The notes under the pieces are model-generated. The model worked only from the letters and a program-made list of their open reading frames with translations, searched no databases and had not been told where the DNA came from. A stretch of 63,911 nucleotides of DNA, the filler included, from Chiloscyllium plagiosum (taxonomy: Eukaryota): NCBI RefSeq assembly GCF_004010195.1. It is 6 parts of one record of this genome, joined end to end, with 100 filler letters (N's around TTAATTAATTAA, not from the genome) between each part and the next. Parts side by side here need not be neighbours in the genome. Positions count along the whole stretch, not along the records: positions 50,179 to 61,660 come from NC_057712.1; 5 more parts are not named here. The stretch is one strand, 5' to 3'. Shown here one piece after another: positions 51,080 to 61,760 of this stretch. The position numbers were made by a program, and so were the translations under genes. The number at the start of each line of letters is the position of its first letter. The first letter of the stretch is position 1.

Positions 51080-51975
51080 ATGGTTTCCTCCCGCAATCCA
51101 AAAATGTGCAGGTTAGGTGAATTGGCCATGTTAAATTGTCCGTAGTGTTAGAGGAATGGGTCGGTGTGGACTTGTTGGGCCGAAGGGACTGTAAGTAATC
51201 TAATCTAATACAAATGGGATACTTACCTTTATCAACTGAGGCTTAGGGTTTAAGAGCAGAGAGCTTATGCTAGAACTGTGTAAAACGTCAGTGAGACCAC
51301 TGCTCAAGTATTGTGTGTAGTTCTGGAATCCACATTAGAGGAGAGGTGTGATTACACTAGGGAGGGTGCAGAGGAGTATTACCAGGATGCTGCCTGGGTT
51401 GGAGAGTTTTAATTATGAAGAGAGATTGGACAAACTGAGGTTTTCCTTGGATCAGAGGAGACAGAGAGGGGACATGATTGATAAACAGAGGGATCTTGGG
51501 GTGCAAGTCCATAGCTCTTTGAAAGAGGCAACACAAGTGGATAAGATAGTACAGAAGGCTTACAGCATGCTTGCCTTCATCGGTCAAGGTATTGTGTATA
51601 AAAGTTGGCAAGCCATGTTGCAGCTGTATGAAACACGTTTGGAGTATTGTGTGCGATTCTGGTCTCCACATTATAGGAAGGATGTGAAGACATTGGAGAG
51701 GGTGCAGGAGAGATTTACCAGGTTGTTGCCTGGATTGGAGTGTATGAGCTATAAGGAGAGGTTGGACAAACCTGGATCATCTTCACTAGAGCATCGGAGG
51801 CTGAGGGGCGACCTGTTAGAAGTATCTAAAATTATGAGAGGCATGGAGAGGGTGGATATTCAGACCCTTTTTTCCCAGGTGTAAAGGTTAAATAGTAGGG
51901 ACCATAGGTTTAAGGTGAGAGGGAGAAAGTTTAAAGGAGTTGCACAAGGCAAGTTCTTTTACGCAGAGGGTGGAA
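51080..51975 (+). mobile_element. HE1 SINE 3' part (about 51080-51210) followed by two abutting CR1 3' fragments
   Basis: ORF 51348-51884 is a chimera that repeats the ERVQ..TRMLPGLE segment twice. Confidence 0.85.
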
Positions 51976-53329
51976 CACTGAATTTCAGAACTTTTAGCTT
52001 CCCCAGTACCTTCTCCTTCGTTATGGACATAACACTCACCTCTACCCCCTGCCTCTCATGAAGTTCTGATATGCTACTGGTATTTGAACTAGACCTGAAA
52101 AAAAAAAGACTGCCCAATCCCACACAACCCATCTGCCCACACAATAATTATTGACTATACATGGTTATGAGGAAAGTGCAGTGACATTAAAGTTTCAAAG
52201 ACAGCTATTTAAGATCATGAGGAGCTACCCTGAACTCATTAAGTGGTGATATTTGTTTCGACATCAAGGACCAATGAACAGAACCTTCTCCTATCAATGG
52301 CTGTTTGGAGATTTAAGATAAAATCTATTGTTGCTATATTTTGAATGTGAAAATTGCACTAATTTGTATGTCACATTAATTTCTTATCCCTAATACCATC
52401 GTTAGTTTCAATTTTCATCAAAATAGTAGTTAAAAATCTTCGGTCACAGTATACATAATTTCCCGTTCTAATTAATCTGTTTTATATTTGCACATTGAGT
52501 GTAATGAGCATAATTTGCGATCAGTAATGGGAAAATGATTATAATCTCCAGGGTTCAGAAAGCCAAAGTAAGTTGTTTTGGAGTTAGTGAGAAATCTCTG
52601 TGTTCTAATTATCCTAATTAGCATTTGAAAACTTGAATTTAACTCTTAATTAATGACGAGATGTGATGTATTATGAGAGCAGTGCTCATTGCCTCAGTTT
52701 CACATCAGTGGGGACTTGCAGATTTTGACTGTTGGAGAAGATTCTCTGCTTGACAGAGCGCCTGATTATTAAAAACTGAAATGGGAGAAAGAAAGATGTC
52801 CCTTCCTGCCGTTCACTGGCTTCAGTCTCTCAATGAATGCACCCTGCAGCTGTGATAAAAATGCTGACTGAGCAAGTCTGTGCTTCGAACACTGTGTGGG
52901 CTGAGGTAGTTCTGAACTTAGCCAGCTTTTAAAGGTCTGTTACATTCCATTTAAGCAAAACAAACTTTCTTCTTTGAACAAAGGTAATTGAAATCTAAGA
53001 AAACGCTTGCTGGAGGAAACATTAGCCAGCAGCTTATTTCAGGGGATGACATGGTGTGATCTCACCCATTTGTGGAAGATATGCTCAATGTTTTGTTGCA
53101 GGATATGGTTGCAGTAAAGGAACGTGGCCTTCTTTATCACTGCATCAGTTCACCAGCCTCAGGGAAAGGTGGAAGCTACATCCTGATGACAAATGTTCTC
53201 CACAACTTGCTCAGGCTGTCATGGTCACCCATGGACAGGTAGGCCAATGCATTTGTGTGTTATTGTCAGCGTTTTTACAAAGGGCAGGCTTCTGAGATTG
53301 ACATCAGTGCTTTCTGCAGCAGGGCCATC

Positions 53330-54080
53330 TCAGTTCAGACAGAGGGATGCATTATTACAGGTATACAGGACCTTGGTGAGACCACACTAATGCCATTTTG
53401 TGAGTGCAGCAGAGATTCGCTAGGCTGGTATCAGGGACGGCAGGACTGTTGTATAAGGAGCGATTGGTTCTACTGGGTCTGTTTTCACATGACTGGACAG
53501 ACTAGTTGCAGGAAGGCTGTTTTGCTTGGATGGGGATTCTTGAACAAAGGAACACAGCATCAGGCTACAGAGTAGACCATGTAGGGCCAAGGTAAGGAAG
53601 CATTTCTTCACACATTGGGTAATGAACCTGTAGGACTTTCCACTACAGAAGGCTATGGAGGCCGAATCGCTGAATATACACAAGAAAGAGATAGGTAGAT
53701 AGATAGGCCGTTCTGCTAGAACGTGTATTTTGTCAACGCTGTAACACGATTAACGAATAGATTGACTACCTCAGAACGCTGTTTCAATAGTACAAACTTT
53801 TAAAATGCGTGCTGGCTATAGCATGATTGCATCATCAGCCCTTGCCATGTTATTTGCAATGTGCAATTCTTATGTAGCGCGGGGGTCACACAGGAATGTA
53901 ATTATCGTGTTCTGGAAGAACTGCCTGTATTTTTAGATTTTAAAGACATCTAAGGGTATGGGGAGAAATGGGGAATATGGAATTGAGATCGGGTCAGCCC
54001 GATACCCATGATCGTATTGAATGACAGAGCAGGCTCAAAGGACTAAATGGTCTACTCCTGCTCTTAGCTTCTACGTAAGT
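53330..54080 (+). mobile_element. Degraded CR1 3' part containing a MITE
   Basis: LLQVYRTLVRPH motif, CR1 3' UTR. Confidence 0.7.
53704..53927. mobile_element. Tc1/mariner (Tigger/pogo-like) MITE
   Basis: Imperfect ~21-bp TIRs TAGGCCGTTCTGCTAGAACGTG / CGTGTTCTGGAAGAACTGCCTG followed by TA; interrupts a CR1. Confidence 0.6.
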
Positions 54081-54539
54081 TCTACATACACTTCTGTGTC
54101 TCTCTCTGTCCAGTGGGCTGCATTCTGGGTCACTCTATCCTATAGTAAACATGACTCTAGACTGTCTGAGTGGAGAATCCCTCTAACCCACCCACTGAGC
54201 TAAGTGACACGTTAGTCTCAATACTCCATTTGCTGTTGACAAAGATACAGGCAAGTGACTCATTTTCTAATGTGCTGCCCAGTCTTTCTCTGCTCTCTCA
54301 GAGCACTGTCAAGCTTCTACTGCAAGAATATTGTGAGAAAATATATAATGGGGGACACAGTTCTAAGGGGGATGTGCAAGAGCAGAAAGACCTGAGTGTA
54401 TGTATACTCAGATCATTGACAGTGCCAGGACACATGGAGTGAGTAGTTAATAAAGCATGCAGTGTTCTTGATTTTATTAATTGGACATAGAGTACAAGAA
54501 CAAGGAGATGGTGTTGAACTTGTACAGAATACTTATCAA

Positions 54540-54990
54540 ACATTGTGCCGCTGCAAAAGCACAGCCGGTCAGGCAGCATCCAAGGAGCAGGAGAGTTGAC
54601 GTTTCAAGCAAAAGCCCTTCATTAGGAATGAGGGGGTCCCCAAAGGAGCTGAGAGATAATGGAAGGGGGGTTGGGGCTGGGACTTGGAGAGTTGGATCTG
54701 GGATGAGGTGGGGGAGGGGAGATGAGGAAACTGGTGAAATCGACATTGATTCTATGTGGTTGGAGGGTCCAAAGGCAGGAGATGAGGAGCTCTTCCTCCA
54801 GTTGTCGGTGGCTAAGACTTGACGGTGGAGGAGGCCCAGGACTTGAATGCCCTTGGCCGAGTGGGAGTGGGAGTTGAAGTGTTCAGCCACAGGGTGGTGG
54901 GGTTGTTTGGTACAGGTGACCCAGAGACATTTCCTCAAGCGTTCCGCAAGTTGGCATCCTGTCTCCCCAATGTCCAGGAGCCCACATGTG
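54540..54990 (-). mobile_element. Penelope-like 3' fragment (GIY-YIG end + terminal repeat)
   Basis: HHPVAEHFNSHSHSAKGIQVLGLLH; hammerhead remnant CTAATGA-AGGGCTTTTGCTT-GAAA-CGTC. Confidence 0.85.
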
Positions 54991-55519
54991 CCAAACGTTT
55001 GACGTTACAAACAGATTACTCATCATCTTGTAAATTGGTGGAGCAGGCTGAAAAGGCCCAACAGCCTATTCCTGCTCCTTGTCAAACTGTGAGGGACTGA
55101 GGGCTTGCTAATTAATGCTGGGTGGCCACACAGTGACTGTAATTCGAGAGGATACCTTCGAACTGGCGTATTCAGTGGCAGGGCCAGGAATACCAGCATT
55201 GAAATGATACTTCCCCACCTGACAGTGGATGAATAACAATGTCATGTTCAAGTCAGGATGATTTTAGTCATTGAGGTAGACAGAATGGTGATTGCCTTCT
55301 TGTCATATTGCTGTCCTTGTCCTTCTTTGATGGTGGAAGCCAAACATTGGGAGGTACAATTGAAGTGTGAGCCTCTCAGTAATGACAAAATCCGATGTGA
55401 TTCTGATATCTCTACCCTGCCCCAAATCGCGACCTTAACTTCTAATTCCTGCAAGGCAAAGTCAGTATTTCTTCCATAATATTGTCTCTTCCTAATAAAG
55501 TGATTCCCATGACAGAATG

Positions 55520-55710
55520 GGTCTTCACTTAATCAAAGACCCCTCCCACCCCAGTTATACTCTCATCCACCCTTTAGATCGGACAGAAGATACAAAAGTT
55601 TGAAAACACCTAGCAACAGACTCAAGAACAACTTCTTCCCTGCTGTTATCAACAAATCTCTCATATAACAGAGTTGATCTTTCTCTGCACCTTCTCTGTA
55701 AGCTGTAACA
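55520..55710 (+). mobile_element. Rex1/Babar LINE 3' end
   Basis: IKDPSHP...SDRRYKSLKTPSNRLKNNFFPAVI, characteristic Rex1/Babar ORF C-terminus. Confidence 0.7.
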
Positions 55711-55733
55711 CCAAAGTCTATTCATTGTAATAA

Positions 55734-55925
55734 AAGCAAATTACTGTGGATGCTGGAATCTGAAACCAAAAGAGAAAATGCTGGAAAATCTCAGCAGGTC
55801 TGGCAGCATCTGTAAGGAGAAAAAAGAGCTGACATTTTGAGTCTAACTGACCCTTTGTCAAAGCTGGAATGATACAAAGGGTCAGTTAGACTCAAAACGT
55901 CAGCTCATTTCTCTCCTTACAGATA
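55734..55925. mobile_element. Penelope-like foldback mini-insertion with CpG-decayed hammerheads
   Basis: Inverted arms around ACAAAGGGTCAGTTAGACTCAAAACGTCAGCT; 16-bp TSD CTATTCATTGTAATAA at 55718-55733 and 55926-55941. Confidence 0.85.
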
Positions 55926-58900
55926 CTATTCATTGTAATAATTGACTAACATGCACATTTGATATCTGGATGAGGAGCTGAATAGATCTGGGGCACATAC
56001 CATCTTGAGTTTCCTATGTGGACCTCTATTTCTGAGCAACTTTCCAAGCTTTGAATAACATGTGAAGGTAGAAATTCTACCCAGTGCCAATTTTACAGGA
56101 ATATGTGATGCAAAGGCTGGGTCCCATTCCTAAACACCCCCCTCTTGAATAGCAGGAGAGCTGTCATTGATGAGTGACAGTGGTGTTCACATCTCATGAA
56201 AAGGTCATTATAATTGACAAATATATCATACCACAAATGTGAACTTCAAGTACCATGTTGAATGATGCAACATTGCTTTATGCCACAATACCCGAACTCA
56301 TGACAAATCCCTCCCCCGTTAAGTTATTTTTCAGTTGCTTTTCACATTGTGAATGGATAAAGAAAATACCATGAGAGGATGTTTGGCCATCGGGAATAGG
56401 CTGTGACAAGCACTCCTGACGCAAGTATAATTCGGTGTAGATAACTAAGATAGCCTGTGGCCTCCTGCAACCCTCCCTGCGTATGTAACTCTCAGTTGTT
56501 TCCTGTAGGTATGTAATAACAATGTGAGTGTGAGCAAGCCCAGGCTATTTCCAGTAAAGACACTCTCCACAGTGTCAGCACTTGCATTAGTCGGCATGTC
56601 AGGAACCCAGCCTGATGACGGTAGCCACGCAGACATAGATGCAGACTGTCTCTTTACATTGTGGGTGACTGAACATTAGGGCGCAGACAGAGACATGTGT
56701 CCAATTTAAACACTGTAGCTGCTGGAGCCACGGAAGGTCAAAATATACTCTGTGCTCCATCAAGAAAGTGGGGTCAATCACACCTCTACCTGAGGGTCTA
56801 CCACACCACTGATGCTCCACATTTGTTGAATATTTCAATTCGATTTTCAGCACCTCACCATCCATTTATTTACTGATGGATAGAGCCCATGCTAAAGTGC
56901 AACAATGCTCTGCAGAGATTGTGGTGTGTACATTTGTTTCATTTCAAAAATATGCTTGATTTATGAAAATATCTTTAAATGCGTGGACAGTCACTGAAGC
57001 AGTTCGGGTCCATGCGATAACATGCAAAAGAACAAGTAAATACTGGAGTTTGACTCTATCCAACAAACAAACCAAAGTAATTTCCTCCTTGTGCAGGGTT
57101 ATATTTACATATGAACAGGAGCGAGTTGCAGCATTACAGTAAAGACAGTATGATACTTTAATGACCACAATAACCACCCACCTTTCAGTGAAATCTATGT
57201 CCTGATCCAATGTAAGTGTGCATCCTGCTTATTGAAGGTGCAGTATATTGGCTCCTGATCTCCAGCTGATTTAAAACCCTTCTCCTTGTCTTTGAGTCCT
57301 TGTACAAGCTTGTCTCACTTGACTTTCTTCCTGTGCCTTCTGACCCTGCTTCCTGTTCATGGCCGATAGCTGCAGTTTTTCTAGTCTCAGTTGTTCAGTC
57401 AGCCCGTAAACCATCCTTTAATAACTTCCAATAACCCAGCTCTCTGACCTGGCATTCCTTCGTCTCTCCCAACTTTCCCACCTTGGCCTCTTGACCATTG
57501 TCTTCTTCTTGTCCTTCTGTTTGCTCCTCTCTGCACGGCTGCATGCCTTCTGTGTTAAAGCCAGTTCCACCAACACTGACTGTCTAGATACTGCTTTAGT
57601 TTTGGTTTTGAATCTTACTTGCTATAAAAGAGGGTGATGGTAGAGGGTTGTTTTTCAGACTGAAGGCCTGTGACCAGCAGTGTGCACAGTGGTACGGAAT
57701 CCCTGGTGCAGCAGCTTCCATGGGAATTGCTCGGGAAATTAAGAATTCTGATGGACAACTGCCCATCTGGAAAAGGCTCTTAAACTTGGAGAATTCTAAG
57801 AACATCTATTCACTTAGGCACAGCAGTTAGCCAGGAAAGGTTAAGGCATAGAGTTTACAATTTAACTCTTCTATCATTTTACATGGATGCCATTTAAGAG
57901 AAATATTGAGATGCCTTGGATCTCAGCATTCACTTATTGGGCCATCTTTCTTCAAAACATATGGTGGAGCTACACCAGTCTGTGTGTGTGTTGATGTCCC
58001 ATAGCAAGAGCAAGAAATGGGGCGGTTTCAACTTTAAGATGCAATATTGCATATTGTTGACTGTGATAGGCTGTCTGGGTCCACTTGTTAGATTGTTGAC
58101 TGATTCAGTTACTTCATGACTGTTCACATCACCACTGCAGATCAGACCAGCTGCTTTATATATTGGCACTGCATTGTGATTCTACCAATGCACTGAATTG
58201 GTGCCCTGTTAAACACGGACAGTCTCTCAGTACTTTGTACCATGAGGGGACAGAGACCTTGTGTATGCTCAAGGCTGAGATCGATTCTTGAATCAGTCGG
58301 AGAATTGAGAGGAAAGGGCAGGAAAGTGGACTTGAGGAATGTCAGATCCACCAGGAACATGTTTGAGGGTCTGAACAATTCCTATTTCTTATGGTCATTT
58401 GGATAGTGGGGAAGAGTGAATGTTGCTGGGAAAGGACCACTGTCTTATGGGTGGGAGGTTTAGTGTACACTGTCGGTGGCAGGTCGACATTACCATGGGG
58501 TGGACTGAACACTGCTGGGTGCTCTATTCTGTGGCTGATGCACTTGGAATTAAGCTGTTTCAACATCAGCTCTGTGCCAGCTCAGAGTAAATCCATGTAA
58601 GAACCATGTAAGTATAGGGCAAACAAACATTGGGATAAGGCAGGTGACACCTTGCTGTGTAAATTAAACAGTGCCCGGGGGCAATATAGTGATGACATCC
58701 AAAATCTGCGCATCACTGGGTTTAAATACCACAGAATAAGTACACTCCGGAAGAACAGTGCTCTAGAGTACTCTAGAATAATACTCTCGCAAGCACATGG
58801 AAATGAACACATGAAGAAATTACATTAGTCAATGCATAATGTAATTATCAGTTACAATCTGGTATATTCACTGTACTTAGGTACACGTGACTACAATGAA

Positions 58901-60874
58901 TCAAAATAAAACAAGCATGTCTATAATGGCCATCTATTGCAGCTTTGATGTCTAATAAATAATGTACTTCAAAGTCAAAACCCGAAGATTATTCTTGATG
59001 TTCTTTGATAAGACTGTCAACACACAATGTGGACCAAACAACATGATGAAAGACATCTCCTGGTTTGGGCAAATATAAATAGTCCTTTAACAACATTCAG
59101 AAAAGGGGTGAGAGCTCTTCCAATGTTCTGACCAACAATCTTCCCTTAATCTACTTCACCAAAACCAGATTAATTTAGAATTTACCTCCTTGCTGTTTGT
59201 ACAATCCTATTAAACAGCTTAAGTAATCACATTCTTCGTTTATTAAACAAAATGTGCTATTGGACAATTGTTTCCCTTTTATTTACAAGGTTTATTTCTC
59301 TTCTGCAGGAGTACAGCAGTTGCCAGTTCTTTTATTTATGCATGTTTAAGCAGGAACACAAAAAGACTCATAAAAATATCATGTCAGCAGTAAATTCTCA
59401 AAGGACAGTAACATAAAACAAATGCAATATGCTGTAAACCTGAAAGAGAAACACGAAAATGCTGGAGCACGTTCAGGAGGACAGGCAACATCAGTCTAGA
59501 CAGGATGCAGTCAATGGCCTTTCACCAGGTCTGGGCGATGTTAGAGATAAACAGTTTCTAAAAGTAAAATAAAGGGAAAAATCCATTTTTGAACACCCTG
59601 CATGTACTCCTCGTGAAAGACAAAAGAGGGAATATTAGTGTATAAGTTTCAAGGAGCCTATGAATAAGTGTCTTACCTTCAACAAAATGTTTTAGCAACA
59701 CAAAGTATTTTTGCAGAAATGTTTTGGAAGTAAAGAACAATGGAATATTTTTTAAAAATAGATTTGTAGCTCTCATTATAAAAGTCACACATTAAACAAA
59801 GGAACAGCGAGGACTGATATTTAGACAGTTCGACTGTGCATTGGACTCTGTGAGGGCTCATTTATTCATTTATCAGCGAGGAAGACATTATTCATTTTCT
59901 AGAAACTAATAAAAAACATTTCTTTTGCTGTGTTCGGACAGAATGGATAAACATTCCTCTCGACATAGCTCACACAGAGATACCACCTACATCCCACACC
60001 CTAAGCAGTATTGCCGCAGATCTGCTGGTTTCAAGAGTGTAATTTTAAAGTAATATTGGGTAATATCTTGGAGGTGATTGATTGTTTTTAGCTATGGCAT
60101 GATTTGTGGCAAAAATTGCATGAAAACCTGATTGAGGGTTACCTTGACAACTCATTGCATTTTTTGTGAATCTGCTGGATCTCAAAGCATGTCAACTGTT
60201 AAAGGGGACTATTGTTAACTAAACACTTTATTAATTGTATGTCCAGCCTCATGTGTTTATAGCTCCTACTCTACTAGGCACACCAAACAAGCTAAACATT
60301 GAGAATTCTCAACATGGAGGTCAGAGAGAGTTCCTGGTTACTTCAGCTCGCTGAGCGGCGCCCCCATGAGGTTCAGCACCAAACAACATCTCAGGGCACG
60401 ATCCATGGGGATAAGCACAGAAGCTTGTATTGCAGGGTGAAAGAACGCAGTAAGGACACTTTGGGTTCATGGATTGGGCCAGACTGCTCAATATGCCTGC
60501 CCTCTCAGCATCTCCCTAGATGTTCACAATGTCCCTGCCTGGCTTCGGCAATGAGTGCAGTCACATAAGCAGATAGCCTGCCTTAGCAGGCCTCAGTCAA
60601 ACCTTGCTGTTTCCCACACCTTCACCTCTCCCAGGGCTAACTGACTCACTCTGGGAATGTGGGGAAGGCCCAAGGTCAGTCTGCTGGGTCTATCCAGAGA
60701 CAGAAAAGGGGAATGGTGGTTGGGAATTAGGTCATGAAGGGACTGTTGTAGCAAGAAGGAGGCTTAGTGACCTGTTTGTGCGAACTGCAGGCCACAGACT
60801 GGGGGCAAGGGGGAGAAAGGGACAGCTGTATATGGAAGGGGAGTTACAGTAAAACATGGAACAGGGAACGGCGT

Positions 60875-60912
<38 letters not shown>
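60875..60912 (+). repeat. 38-nt poly-G run
   Basis: Direct reading; other G runs at about 45352-45379, 47657-47672 and 48261-48280. Confidence 0.9.
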
Positions 60913-60913
<1 letters not shown>

Positions 60914-61217
60914 GAGTGGTCACCACCTTAAATGGGTACAGGTATGACCACCCCTGTCATGGTCACCCCATATGCCCGAGACTATGAGGGTCATTGCCTC
61001 CGATGTACCTGTCTGCTGCTGCTGTTCTCCGCTGTACACTCGGACCAAGTGCCAGATTGTAGACACCATTGGCCCCTCTCTTGCTTGGGCCTGAGGCAGG
61101 TGCCAGTCTCTGAGTGCTAGCGTCCTGGGGGTGTCTCTTCCTCAGGGGGGCCATGGGACTCTCATAGTGACACTGTAAAGCTGGCATTGCACACCCGGCC
61201 ACCACCCACCTCCCACT

Positions 61218-61660
61218 CCACACACACCCAGACACACACACACACCCAGACACACACGGAGCCACACACACACATCCAAACATACACGCATTCACACCCA
61301 GATGCACACGGAGCCACACACACACACGCACACATGCACACACACAGACCCAGACACACACGGAGCCACACACACACACACAGACACACACACGCATGGA
61401 GCCACATACACACACACCGACCCAGACACACACAGACTCAGACACACACGGAGCCACACACACACACACAGACACACACACGCATGGAGCCACATACACA
61501 CACACCGACCCAGACACACACAGACTCAGACACACACGGAGCCACACACACACACACAGACACACACACGCATGGAGCCACATACACACACACCGACCCA
61601 GACACACACAGACTCAGACACACACGGAGCCACACACACACACACAGACACACACACGCA
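61218..61660 (+). repeat. CA-rich minisatellite with a perfect 88-bp unit (about 3.5 copies at 61349-61660)
   Basis: CGGAGCC recurs at 61361, 61449, 61537 and 61625; explains the spurious HT/CV-rich ORFs. Confidence 0.92.
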
Positions 61661-61760
61661 NNNNNNNNNNNNNNNNNNNNNNNNNNNNNNNNNNNNNNNN
61701 NNNNTTAATTAATTAANNNNNNNNNNNNNNNNNNNNNNNNNNNNNNNNNNNNNNNNNNNN
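61661..61760. other. Artificial contig spacer
   Basis: 44N-TTAATTAATTAA-44N. Confidence 0.97.

Noticed and set aside
60875..60912. Poly-G run as a functional G-quadruplex
   Set aside because: Homopolymer length is unreliable and may be a sequencing artefact; no independent support.
60963..61716. Long Cys/Val- and His/Thr-rich ORFs
   Set aside because: Translations of the CA-rich 88-bp minisatellite.
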